Source: Candidatus Staskawiczbacteria bacterium (GTDB taxonomy: Bacteria; Patescibacteriota; Minisyncoccia; Minisyncoccales; Staskawiczbacteraceae). From it: DNA of 64,000 nt. Of the stretch, positions 43,986 through 52,967 are shown one piece after another. Location of the stretch: assembly GCA_963778905.1 (NCBI GenBank), contig CAVZWH010000024.1, positions 12,498-76,497 on the forward strand. Direction: 5' to 3'. Both the position numbers and the translations under genes were made by a program. Numbering within the stretch: the stretch's first letter is position 1; every line of letters begins with the position of its first letter. The notes below the pieces were generated by a model. It made no database searches. It saw only the letters and a program-made list of their open reading frames with translations, and was not told the origin of the DNA.

Positions 43986-45179
43986 ATGGAAAACAACAAT
44001 AAATCACAAAAAAAGAACCGAAATGTTTTTTATGTCGGGCTTTTGAGTTTTTTTGGCGGAATAAGCCAGGATATTTTTTCGCCAATTTTGCCAATTTACT
44101 TAACTTCAATTTTAGGGTTTGATAAAACCATTGTGGGCATTGCCGAAGGAATTGTTACAGCAAGCGCAAATCTTTTTGCAATTGTTGCAGGATTTTTATC
44201 CGACAAATTAAAAAAACAAAAGCCAATAATTTTTTTAGGATATTTTTTATCAATGATTGGCAGAGTTTTGCTGGTTTTTTTTACTTCAATCGGTTCGGTT
44301 GTTGGTCTAAGATTGCTTGACGGCACAGGAAAGGGAATTAAAGAACCGCCGAAAGATGTTTTGGTGGCCGGCTCATCAGAAAAGCAAGTGCGCGGAAAAA
44401 GTTTTGGAATTGCAACAATGCTTGATACTTTGGGTTCTGTTGCAGGCCCTCTAATTTTATTTTTTCTTCTCTGGATTTTCAAAAACAGCAGCACACTTTA
44501 TCACGATATCTTATTTTTTTCGGCAGTTCCTTTAATAATCACTCTTTTATTGATATTTAAGCTTAAAGAATTACCAAAATCCGAAATTAAAAAGGTAGAA
44601 GTGCCGCAGTCAAAAGGTAAATTGCCGGCAACGTTTTATATTTTTATTGCAATAATTATTATTTTTACTTTGGGAAATTCTTCTGACGCATTTTTAATTC
44701 TTCGGGCAAAAAATCTTGGCGTAACATTATTGGAAATTCCACTAGTAATTGCGCTTTTCAATTTAATTTATGCTTTGGCTGCGGTTCCGTTTGGATCTTT
44801 ATCAGACAAAATCGGCAGAATTCCAACTTTGATTATCGGCTGGGCCTCGTATGCTTTGGTTTATTTGGGATTTGCTATTTCCACGCACGCAATTTTAATC
44901 TGGTTTTTGTACGGATTTTACGGAATTTATTATGCGATAAGCATGGGAGTTTCTAAAGCTTTTTTGTCGGACATCGTAAATCCCGACCACCGCGGCAGAG
45001 CTTTTGGAATTTACGGAATGACAGTTGGGCTTACAACTTTGCCGGCAAGTTTTTTGGCCGGGATTCTCTGGGATAAATTTGGAGCTGCAATTCCATTTTA
45101 TTTTGGAGCTGCAATGGCGCTGCTGGCCTGCATTAGTTTGTTATTTTATTCCAAGTATTGCAAAAATTTTATAAAGTAA
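43986..45179 (+). CDS. MFS transporter (12 TM)
   Basis: Twelve hydrophobic segments, GxLxDRxGR-like motif (LSDKIGRIP). Confidence 0.7.
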   Translation: MENNNKSQKKNRNVFYVGLLSFFGGISQDIFSPILPIYLTSILGFDKTIVGIAEGIVTASANLFAIVAGFLSDKLKKQKPIIFLGYFLSMIGRVLLVFFTSIGSVVGLRLLDGTGKGIKEPPKDVLVAGSSEKQVRGKSFGIATMLDTLGSVAGPLILFFLLWIFKNSSTLYHDILFFSAVPLIITLLLIFKLKELPKSEIKKVEVPQSKGKLPATFYIFIAIIIIFTLGNSSDAFLILRAKNLGVTLLEIPLVIALFNLIYALAAVPFGSLSDKIGRIPTLIIGWASYALVYLGFAISTHAILIWFLYGFYGIYYAISMGVSKAFLSDIVNPDHRGRAFGIYGMTVGLTTLPASFLAGILWDKFGAAIPFYFGAAMALLACISLLFYSKYCKNFIK

Positions 45180-45196
45180 TATTATATAAAACAAAG

Positions 45197-45272
45197 GGGG
45201 TCGTAAGCTCAATAGGGAGAGCCCCGCACTCTTTGTGCGGAAGGAATGTAGGTTCAAATCCTGCCGACTCCA
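45197..45272 (+). tRNA. tRNA-like gene, probable tRNA-Lys(CTT), atypical (3-nt linker between acceptor and D-stem, 7-nt variable loop)
   Basis: Acceptor ggggtcg/cgactcc (one G-U), D-arm gctc-AATAGGGA-gagc, anticodon stem ccgca/tgcgg loop cuCUUug, T-arm gtagg-TTCAAAT-cctgc; followed by terminator. Confidence 0.5.
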
Positions 45273-45274
45273 TT

Positions 45275-45304
45275 GACCCGAAGACTCGCTTTGGGTCTTT
45301 TTTT
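45275..45304 (+). terminator. rho-independent terminator
   Basis: gacccgaag-actcg-ctttgggtc hairpin + TTTTTTT. Confidence 0.7.
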
Positions 45305-45349
45305 ACCTCTTGATTTTTTCGTTTTTTAGAGTATAATAAAAACACAAAT

Positions 45350-45826
45350 ATGGAAGAAAAAAACATAGAAAAATTACAAAAAGAATTAGAAGAAGCCAAG
45401 GCAAAGTGCGAGGAATATTTGAACGGCTGGAAAAGAGAGCGCGCGGATTTTTTGAACTACAAAAAAGACGAAATGGAGAGAATGGGGCAGTTGGTAAAAT
45501 ATGCAAACGAGGAATTGATTTTGAAAATAATTCCAATTTTGGATAATATTTGTTTGGCAGAATCGCACGTGCCGGAAGATTTGAAAAATAATACTTGGAT
45601 TGAAGGATTTTTGCAGATTAAAAAACAGCTGTCAGATTTTCTTTCCAAAGAGGGGATTGAATCCATAAAAACTATCGGCCAAAAATTTGATCCAAACTTT
45701 ATGGAAGTCGTTGAGGAAGTTGAGGCCAAAGACAAAAAATCTAGCGTAGTAATTGAAGAGGTGCAAAAAGGTTATACTCTGCAAGGAAAAATAATTCGCC
45801 CGACAAAAGTTAAAATATCAAAATAA
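45350..45826 (+). CDS. grpE: nucleotide exchange factor GrpE
   Basis: Coiled-coil N-terminus, WKRERADFLNYKKDEMER GrpE signature, C-terminal beta domain. Confidence 0.8.
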   Translation: MEEKNIEKLQKELEEAKAKCEEYLNGWKRERADFLNYKKDEMERMGQLVKYANEELILKIIPILDNICLAESHVPEDLKNNTWIEGFLQIKKQLSDFLSKEGIESIKTIGQKFDPNFMEVVEEVEAKDKKSSVVIEEVQKGYTLQGKIIRPTKVKISK

Positions 45827-45828
45827 AT

Positions 45829-46482
45829 ATGAATAAGAATAAAATTATCAGGCAAGTCCAAAGTTATGTTAAAAAAGAATTTGAAGGGGAATCAAGCGGA
45901 CACGATTGGTGGCACATTTTCAGAGTTTGGAAAATGGCAAAAGAGATAGCAAAAAAAGAGGGCGGCGATTTGTTTGTCATTGAACTGGGGGCGTTGTTGC
46001 ACGATATCGCTGATTGGAAATTCCACGGCGGCGACTTAAAAGCAGGTTCAAAAAAGGCAAGACCATTGTTAAAAAAATTTAAAGTTGATAAAACAACTAT
46101 AGAACACGTTTGTGATATCATAGATAATGTTTCTTTCAAGGGCGCTGGCGCTAAAAATGGAATAAAAACACTGGAAGGAAAAATAGTTCAGGATTCTGAC
46201 AGATTAGATGTTATCGGCGCCATTGGTATTGCCAGAACATTTGCATACGGAGGAAACAAAGGACGAGAAATATATAATCCAAACATAAAACCAAAACTTC
46301 ACAAATCATTTGATGATTACAAAAATAACAAAAGCTCATCTGTAAACCATTTTTACGAAAAAGTTTTATTATTAAAGGACAGACTAAATACAAAAACTGC
46401 AAAGAAGATAGCCGAACCAAGACACAAGTTTCTGGAAAATTATTTGAAACAATTTTTTAAGGAATGGGAAGTAAAAATATAA
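45829..46482 (+). CDS. HD-domain metal-dependent phosphohydrolase
   Basis: GHDWWH...LLHDIAD HD motif. Confidence 0.7.
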   Translation: MNKNKIIRQVQSYVKKEFEGESSGHDWWHIFRVWKMAKEIAKKEGGDLFVIELGALLHDIADWKFHGGDLKAGSKKARPLLKKFKVDKTTIEHVCDIIDNVSFKGAGAKNGIKTLEGKIVQDSDRLDVIGAIGIARTFAYGGNKGREIYNPNIKPKLHKSFDDYKNNKSSSVNHFYEKVLLLKDRLNTKTAKKIAEPRHKFLENYLKQFFKEWEVKI

Positions 46483-46506
46483 AATTAATTATTAAATAAA
46501 AAAATT

Positions 46507-47535
46507 ATGGATAAAAAAGAACTAATAAAAAAAATTGAAGAGCAGAGGAAGTCTAAGGTTATTACATATGTAACCAGCGACAGACAAGGACCAGTAAATG
46601 CGCGAATTGCAATGGATGTTGTGCCGATTATTTCTAAACAATTGCAAAAAATCGGGAAAACGCAAAACATTGATTTGTTTTTATACAGCAGTGGCGGAGA
46701 TACTATGGTGCCCTGGAGGTTGGTTTCAATGATTAGAGAATACTGCGACAAATTTTCGGTGATAATTCCATACAAAGCCCACTCTGCTGCCACCATGATT
46801 TCTTTGGGAGCTGACGAAATTGTAATGAGCGATTTGTCCGAACTTTCGCCAATTGACCCGTCAACTGCCAACATTTTTAACCCTTCAGACCCGCAAAATC
46901 CGCTAAACAAAATTCCAATTTCAGTTGAAGACGTTATGGCATATTTCGACTTGGCAAAAAATAAATTTGGAATTAAAACTGATGAGGATTTGGCAAAAAT
47001 TTTTAATAAATTTGTAGAATCAAATCCGCAAATTCATCCTTTAGCACTTGGCAATATTAACCGCACTCATAATTTGATAAGAATACTTGCAAAACGGCTT
47101 TTGAAAAGCCACAAATCGCCGATGAAAGAAGATGAAATTGATAAAATTGTTGATTATTTTACAGAAAAACTTTATTCGCATCAATATTTTATTGGCAGAA
47201 AGGAAGCAAAAGACGACTTAGGATTAAAAAATGTTGTTAATGCCGATGATGCTTTGGCAAAATCAATGACAGAACTTTACGAGGCATACAAGGAAGAAAT
47301 GGGACTTGGCATTGGCGTGTGGAATCCAGAAAACGAGCTTGGATTAAACGTAAGCCAAAATAAAAAAGATTATAAAATCGCTAATATTGAAAGCGCGGAA
47401 TTATCAAATTATTTCAATCTTTCAATAGAATACAAACGCCAGCAAATTAATATGGTTCAGCAAACGCCCCAAGGCCCAATTCAAGTCCCGCAAGAACAAG
47501 TCATCTGGCGCGTCGTCGACCAAGGCTGGAAATAA
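46507..47535 (+). CDS. ClpP/crotonase-fold serine protease-like protein (SDH/S49-like)
   Basis: LFLYSSGGDTMVPWRLVSMIREY...AHSAATMISLGADEIVM resembles serine-dehydrogenase-proteinase/SppA-like families. Confidence 0.5.
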   Translation: MDKKELIKKIEEQRKSKVITYVTSDRQGPVNARIAMDVVPIISKQLQKIGKTQNIDLFLYSSGGDTMVPWRLVSMIREYCDKFSVIIPYKAHSAATMISLGADEIVMSDLSELSPIDPSTANIFNPSDPQNPLNKIPISVEDVMAYFDLAKNKFGIKTDEDLAKIFNKFVESNPQIHPLALGNINRTHNLIRILAKRLLKSHKSPMKEDEIDKIVDYFTEKLYSHQYFIGRKEAKDDLGLKNVVNADDALAKSMTELYEAYKEEMGLGIGVWNPENELGLNVSQNKKDYKIANIESAELSNYFNLSIEYKRQQINMVQQTPQGPIQVPQEQVIWRVVDQGWK

Positions 47536-47539
47536 AAAT

Positions 47540-48253
47540 ATGGTAGAACCAATTATAACAATAATTTTCATAATTTTTGATTTTTTTAATAAGGGTTTAG
47601 GGCTAATAACCTTAATCGTCGGCTCCTTTGCAATCGCTCTCTATATCGCGCAAAAGAAAGAATATAAAAGAAACATTGCTCAACTAATAGATCAAGAAAT
47701 AAGATATGCTGAAAATCAAATAACCAATTCGCACATTATTACTAAAGGAAATTATTATTTGGCACATAAATTGCTACCGACAAATCATTGGTATAAGAAT
47801 ATAAACTTATTTATGAAAGATTTTAACGAGACAAAAATCGATAAAATAAGTAGATTTTATTCGCAGGTGGAGTATTTAGATGAGATAATAAAAAAAATAT
47901 CTGACTACAAAAACGACATTCTAAAGGAAACAATAGTATCAAATGGTAAAATATTGGCGAAAGCAGACATAAGTATCGCCGTAGAACTACATGAGATAAA
48001 AAATTTGTTAACCGCGAAGCTGCAATTAGAGCAGGGCCATAACCTACAAATTGGCGAGACAAAAGATGCGACACAAGGGTACAATGTGCAACAAGCATCA
48101 TCCACGCATAAAGTCGACATAATAGTTGAAAGGAAATTAATGGCCGAAGATATATTGAATGAAGTTTCCAATAAAATAGAATTTATTTATAACACACCAA
48201 TAGGAGAAAAATTTAGAGATATTTCGAAAAAGAAATGGCATCAATTTTTATAA
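47540..48253 (+). CDS. hypothetical membrane-anchored protein
   Basis: N-terminal TM; no recognised motifs. Confidence 0.4.
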   Translation: MVEPIITIIFIIFDFFNKGLGLITLIVGSFAIALYIAQKKEYKRNIAQLIDQEIRYAENQITNSHIITKGNYYLAHKLLPTNHWYKNINLFMKDFNETKIDKISRFYSQVEYLDEIIKKISDYKNDILKETIVSNGKILAKADISIAVELHEIKNLLTAKLQLEQGHNLQIGETKDATQGYNVQQASSTHKVDIIVERKLMAEDILNEVSNKIEFIYNTPIGEKFRDISKKKWHQFL

Positions 48254-48440
48254 AAATAATTAAAAAATAAAAACATGGATAATGACATATCAGAAAAACT
48301 AAATAAGATAATTGAATTATTAGAAGAAATTAATACAAACATAATTACCATTGAAGAGAATACAGCAATAAGCGCCACTGAAAGAGCAAGAAGACAAGAA
48401 CAGGGCTATTAATCAAATTAAAATAATAAACAAAAAACAT

Positions 48441-50315
48441 ATGTCAAAAATTTTAGGAATCGATTTAGGTACAACGTTTTCGGCCATGGCGGTGGTGGAA
48501 GGAGGCGAGGCGAAGATTATTGAGAATAAAGAGGGGGCTAGAACTACGCCGTCTATTGTGGCAATCACAAAATCAGGAGAAAGAGTGGTTGGGGTTTTGG
48601 CTAAAAGGCAAGCTGTAACAAATCCAACAAACACAATTTTTTCTGTTAAAAGATTAATTGGAAGAAAGTTTTCCGATGCGGAAGTGCAAAGAGATAAAAA
48701 ATTGTTGCCTTATGAAATTAGAGAATCAGCTGATGGCGGAGTGGATGTAAAAATGGGGGATAAATGGTTAAATCCTGCTGAAATTTCGGCAATGATTTTG
48801 CAAAAATTAAAAGCAGATGCTGAAGCAAAACTTGGAGAAACAATTTCCGAGGCAATCATTACTTGCCCGGCATATTTTGACGACTCGCAAAGAAAAGCAA
48901 CAAAAATTGCAGGAGAAATTGCAGGTTTTAAGGTTGACAGGGTTATAAACGAACCCACGGCAGCCGCACTTGCCTACGGATTAAACAAAAAGAAAGATGA
49001 GAAAATTGTGGTTTATGATTTTGGCGGAGGAACTTTTGATATTTCCATTTTAGATGTTGGAGCTGACACGGTTGAAGTAAAAGCAACCGGCGGAAACACG
49101 CACTTAGGCGGAGATGACTTTGACCAGAGAATTATGGATTGGGTTGTAAAAGAATTCAAAAAAGATAACGGAGTTGATTTGTCAAAAGATAATTTGGCTT
49201 TGCAGAGAATTAAAGAAGCTGCTGAAAAAGCAAAAATTGAATTGTCTTCAAGCTTGGAAACCGAAATTAATTTACCGTTTATAACTTCTGACCAATCCGG
49301 GCCAAAGCATTTGCTTTTGAAATTAAAAAGAGCTGATTTTGAAAATATGGTGCATGACTATATTGATAAATCAATTGATTTGGTAAAGAAAACAATGAAA
49401 GAAGCCGGACTTGAGCCAAAAGATATAAATGAAGTTGTGCTGGTGGGCGGACAGACAAGAATGCCAAAAATGATAGAGGAAGTTAAAAAATATTTTGGCA
49501 AAGAACCAAACAAAGAAGTAAACCCAGACGAAGTTGTAGCAATTGGAGCCGCTATTCAAGGCGGAATTATGCAGGGCGAGGTGCGGGATGTTTTATTGCT
49601 TGATGTAACTCCGTTGTCTTTGGGAATTGAAACTTTTGGCGGAGTAAATACAATTTTAATTTCAAAAAATACAACTGTGCCAACTGCAAAAACTCAGGTT
49701 TTTTCAACCGCAGCCGACAGCCAAACATCCGTGGAAATTCATGTTTTGCAGGGCGAGCGTCCAATGGCGCAAGACAATAAAACTTTAGGAAGATTTATTT
49801 TGGACGGAATTCCGCCCGCGCCACGTGGTTTGCCACAGATTGAAGTTTCTTTTGATATTGATGCCAATGGAATTTTGAATGTTTCGGCAAAAGACAAGGC
49901 AACAGGAAAAACTCAGTCAATAAAAATTGAGGGCTCGTCTGGAATTTCAAAAGAAGAAGTTGAAAGAATGAAAAAAGATGCGGAGATGCACGCTGCAGAT
50001 GATAAAAAGAAACAAGAAACAATTGAAATCAAAAATACTGCCGACGCTTTGGTTTACACTTGCGAAAAAACTTTGAAAGACTCTGCCGATAAAATAAAAC
50101 CAGAAGATAAAAAGGAAGTTGAGGATAAAATAAATGCCTTGAAAGAAGTCGAAAAAGGTGATAATATAGAAGAAATTAAATTGAAGACACAAGATTTATC
50201 TGCAACAATCCAGAAAATCGGAGCCGAACTTTACAAAAATCAGAAGCCAGAAGACAAGCCAAAGGACGAAGGTAAAAATGACGCCGAGGAAGGAAATTAT
50301 AAAGAAAAAAAATAA
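48441..50315 (+). CDS. dnaK: molecular chaperone DnaK (Hsp70)
   Basis: [26 protein letters not shown] Hsp70 signatures, full length 624 aa. Confidence 0.95.
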   Translation: MSKILGIDLGTTFSAMAVVEGGEAKIIENKEGARTTPSIVAITKSGERVVGVLAKRQAVTNPTNTIFSVKRLIGRKFSDAEVQRDKKLLPYEIRESADGGVDVKMGDKWLNPAEISAMILQKLKADAEAKLGETISEAIITCPAYFDDSQRKATKIAGEIAGFKVDRVINEPTAAALAYGLNKKKDEKIVVYDFGGGTFDISILDVGADTVEVKATGGNTHLGGDDFDQRIMDWVVKEFKKDNGVDLSKDNLALQRIKEAAEKAKIELSSSLETEINLPFITSDQSGPKHLLLKLKRADFENMVHDYIDKSIDLVKKTMKEAGLEPKDINEVVLVGGQTRMPKMIEEVKKYFGKEPNKEVNPDEVVAIGAAIQGGIMQGEVRDVLLLDVTPLSLGIETFGGVNTILISKNTTVPTAKTQVFSTAADSQTSVEIHVLQGERPMAQDNKTLGRFILDGIPPAPRGLPQIEVSFDIDANGILNVSAKDKATGKTQSIKIEGSSGISKEEVERMKKDAEMHAADDKKKQETIEIKNTADALVYTCEKTLKDSADKIKPEDKKEVEDKINALKEVEKGDNIEEIKLKTQDLSATIQKIGAELYKNQKPEDKPKDEGKNDAEEGNYKEKK

Positions 50316-50318
50316 ACA

Positions 50319-51413
50319 ATGAATTATTATGAAGTTCTTGGAGTGCAGAAAACCGCCTCACAAGACGAAATAAAAAAAGCATTTCACAAACTGGCGCACA
50401 AATATCATCCGGACAAGGGCGGCGATGAAAAAAAGTTCAAGGAAATAAACGAGGCGTACCAGGTGCTTTCAGATAAACAAAAACGCGAGCAGTACGACCA
50501 ATACGGCAGAGTTTTTGAAAACGGTCAGCCAGGCGGAGATCAGGGATTTAATTGGGCATGGGGCAACAGACCCGGGGGACCCTCTGGGTCGGAAGAAATT
50601 GAGTTTGATTTTGGAGATGTTGGCGATATTTTTGCAGAATTTTTTGGCGGAGCGCGACCAGGCAGAGGCAGAAAAGATTTTAAAAAAGGAAAAGACATAC
50701 AAGTTGATATAGAAATAAATTTAGAAAAAACGCTGAAAGAATTTGTTGAAAAAATAATTTTAGCAAAGCAAGTTGTTTGCCACAGATGCCAAGGTACCGG
50801 AGCCGAAGTTGGAAGCAAAATAAAAGAATGTTTTTCCTGCAGAGGAACAGGACAAGTTCAGCAGATTAAAAAAACATTTTTGGGTTCGTACACAACTTTG
50901 GCAACGTGCCCCGAATGCAAAGGCGAAGGAACAATTCCCGAAAAACCATGCAACGTTTGCAAGGGCGAAGGCAGAATAAAAGGCGAAGAAACAATTGAAG
51001 TGCATATTCCCGCTGGAATTGACACAAATCAGGTAATCAAGGTTGACGGAAAAGGAGAGGCAGGAAAAAAAGGAGCAAAAGCAGGAAATTTATTTGTCAG
51101 AATTTTTGTAAAACAGCATTCTGCATTTGAAAGAAGGGGAGACGATTTATTTTCAGAATTTGAAGTAAATTTTTCGCAGGCAGCTTTGGGAGATGAAATT
51201 GAAATGAAAACATTGGAGGGCACAAACATTTTGTTGGAAGTTCCGGCAGGAACAGAATCAGGAAAAGTTTTAAGAATTTCGGGAAAAGGAATTCCGCATT
51301 TTGGCGGATATGGCAGAGGAAATTTGTATATTGAATTGAAAGTAAAAACACCGCGCAAATTATCCAGAAAACAAAAAGAATTATTAGAAAAATTAAAAGA
51401 GGAGGGAATTTAA
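50319..51413 (+). CDS. dnaJ: molecular chaperone DnaJ
   Basis: J-domain with HPD (KYHPDKG), G/F-rich region, four CxxCxGxG zinc-finger repeats. Confidence 0.9.
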   Translation: MNYYEVLGVQKTASQDEIKKAFHKLAHKYHPDKGGDEKKFKEINEAYQVLSDKQKREQYDQYGRVFENGQPGGDQGFNWAWGNRPGGPSGSEEIEFDFGDVGDIFAEFFGGARPGRGRKDFKKGKDIQVDIEINLEKTLKEFVEKIILAKQVVCHRCQGTGAEVGSKIKECFSCRGTGQVQQIKKTFLGSYTTLATCPECKGEGTIPEKPCNVCKGEGRIKGEETIEVHIPAGIDTNQVIKVDGKGEAGKKGAKAGNLFVRIFVKQHSAFERRGDDLFSEFEVNFSQAALGDEIEMKTLEGTNILLEVPAGTESGKVLRISGKGIPHFGGYGRGNLYIELKVKTPRKLSRKQKELLEKLKEEGI

Positions 51414-51422
51414 TTTCCACAT

Positions 51423-51494
51423 GCCCCGGTAGCTCAATGGTAGAGCAGTAGCCTTTTAAGCTATTGGTTCCGAGTTCGAGTCTCGGCCGGGGCA
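51423..51494 (+). tRNA. tRNA-Lys (anticodon TTT)
   Basis: Acceptor gccccgg/ccggggc, D-arm gctc-AATGGTA-gagc, anticodon stem gtagc/gctat loop cuUUUaa, T-arm ccgag-TTCGAGT-ctcgg. Confidence 0.9.
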
Positions 51495-52967
51495 CAAATT
51501 AGAACAGCCGTTCGCCAAAGCCATTGCTTGGAACGGCTTTTTAAGTGTAAAAGTGAGGTTTTTACCGCTTAATTTGGAGTTCTGAAATAGAAAGTTGATA
51601 AATGCTCGCTTTTCCATTGGTTCAGAACTTTTGAATAGCGAATATGCCCGTTTAGCAAGGCTCATAATCATTGCAATAGTGATATAAAATTCTTTGTCGG
51701 CTTTCTGATGTTTTTCCATTTCCTTGTTTAGGGCTGTCTGTTTTGCGTCGTATTCGTTGATTTTTTTATCGTAGTCCTCTTTGGCTATTTCCTCGTCAGC
51801 TAATCTATCAAGCAAGTTGCTTTTTCTTTTTGCATATTTATCGTGCTCTGCCCGCAGAGTTTTCATTGAGCCCTCGTAAAACTCATTCTTTGCGTCCTCG
51901 CTCTGTGCCAAAAGCGTCATTAGGCGTGTTTTTTGCCTCTCTGTGAGGCTTATCTTGCGGAGAACCTTGTATATTGGCTTAAATAGGTCATTCTCGTTGA
52001 CATAGAGCCTTTTAGTGTGCATTTTCTTGCTGTTGGTGCAACTATAATAATGATATTTGCCTTTGTGTGTTTCCGCCGTAATCGTGCAACCGCAATCGGC
52101 ACATTTTACCAAACCTCTGAAAGCATAAGGTTTGCAAGCGTATCTAAACTGCTTTTTATTAAAGCCACTAAAAACATCTTGCACTCGGTCAAATAATTGT
52201 TTTGAAATTAAAGGCTCGTATCGGTGCGGATAGAGAACTCCCTTAATTCTCATTTGCCCGTAATAAAACGGGTCTCGTAAAATAATATAAATTTGTCCTC
52301 TTGGTAGGGGCTTGGGAGTTTTGGTATTGCTTCTTAATCCCGCCCTTTCCATTACCTCTTGAATTTGTTTAGTTGAGGAAGTCCCAGTTGCATACATCTC
52401 AAACATCTTAACAATAAATTGACTTCTTAACGGGTCGGGTATTACATTTATTCTTTTGCCCGTATCGTCATAAACTCCCACATAGCCGATTTTTGGTTTT
52501 GTAATCCATTCTTTGTTTTGTATCTTTTGCTCGTAGCTTCTTTTAACATCATCAGAAAGCCTATTAAGATATTGTTTAGCCAAAAATACTTTCGCCTCCC
52601 ACATAAACATCTGGTTGCCTGTTGCATTTTTATTTACAAAAAACCCGTCTTGCACAAAATGAATTTCTAAATCCTCTTTGCGTCGCATTTCGTCTAAATC
52701 AACAGCGTCCTTGAAATTCCTTGTTGCTCGGTCAACATTCTCACAAAGCAAAACTCTAACATCTTTATGGCTTCTAATATACGCAATAACTTCCTCAAAC
52801 TTTTTTCTTATTTTATCTCCCGCACTTTCGTGAAATGAAAAAGTCTCAACTATTTCAAAGTCTTTTTTCTTTGCATATTCCTGCAACCTCCTTATTTGAG
52901 CGGGGAGTGAGTGTCCCTGCTCCTCCTGCTCCTTTGTTGAAACTCTTGCGAGTATTACCGCTTTCAT
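51456..52967 (-). CDS. large serine recombinase (resolvase-type catalytic domain + recombinase/zinc-ribbon domains)
   Basis: N-terminal VILARVSTKEQ...SLPAQ catalytic Ser motif, C-terminal CADCGCT...YYSC zinc ribbon, coiled-coil; 3' end overlaps tRNA-Lys antisense; ATG overlaps res stop (ATGA). Confidence 0.8.
   Translation of the reverse strand: MKAVILARVSTKEQEEQGHSLPAQIRRLQEYAKKKDFEIVETFSFHESAGDKIRKKFEEVIAYIRSHKDVRVLLCENVDRATRNFKDAVDLDEMRRKEDLEIHFVQDGFFVNKNATGNQMFMWEAKVFLAKQYLNRLSDDVKRSYEQKIQNKEWITKPKIGYVGVYDDTGKRINVIPDPLRSQFIVKMFEMYATGTSSTKQIQEVMERAGLRSNTKTPKPLPRGQIYIILRDPFYYGQMRIKGVLYPHRYEPLISKQLFDRVQDVFSGFNKKQFRYACKPYAFRGLVKCADCGCTITAETHKGKYHYYSCTNSKKMHTKRLYVNENDLFKPIYKVLRKISLTERQKTRLMTLLAQSEDAKNEFYEGSMKTLRAEHDKYAKRKSNLLDRLADEEIAKEDYDKKINEYDAKQTALNKEMEKHQKADKEFYITIAMIMSLAKRAYSLFKSSEPMEKRAFINFLFQNSKLSGKNLTFTLKKPFQAMALANGCSNLCPGRDSNSEPIA
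51506..51542 (+). terminator. rho-independent terminator after tRNA-Lys (lies antisense within recombinase ORF)
   Basis: agccgttc...gaacggct hairpin + TTTT. Confidence 0.6.
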
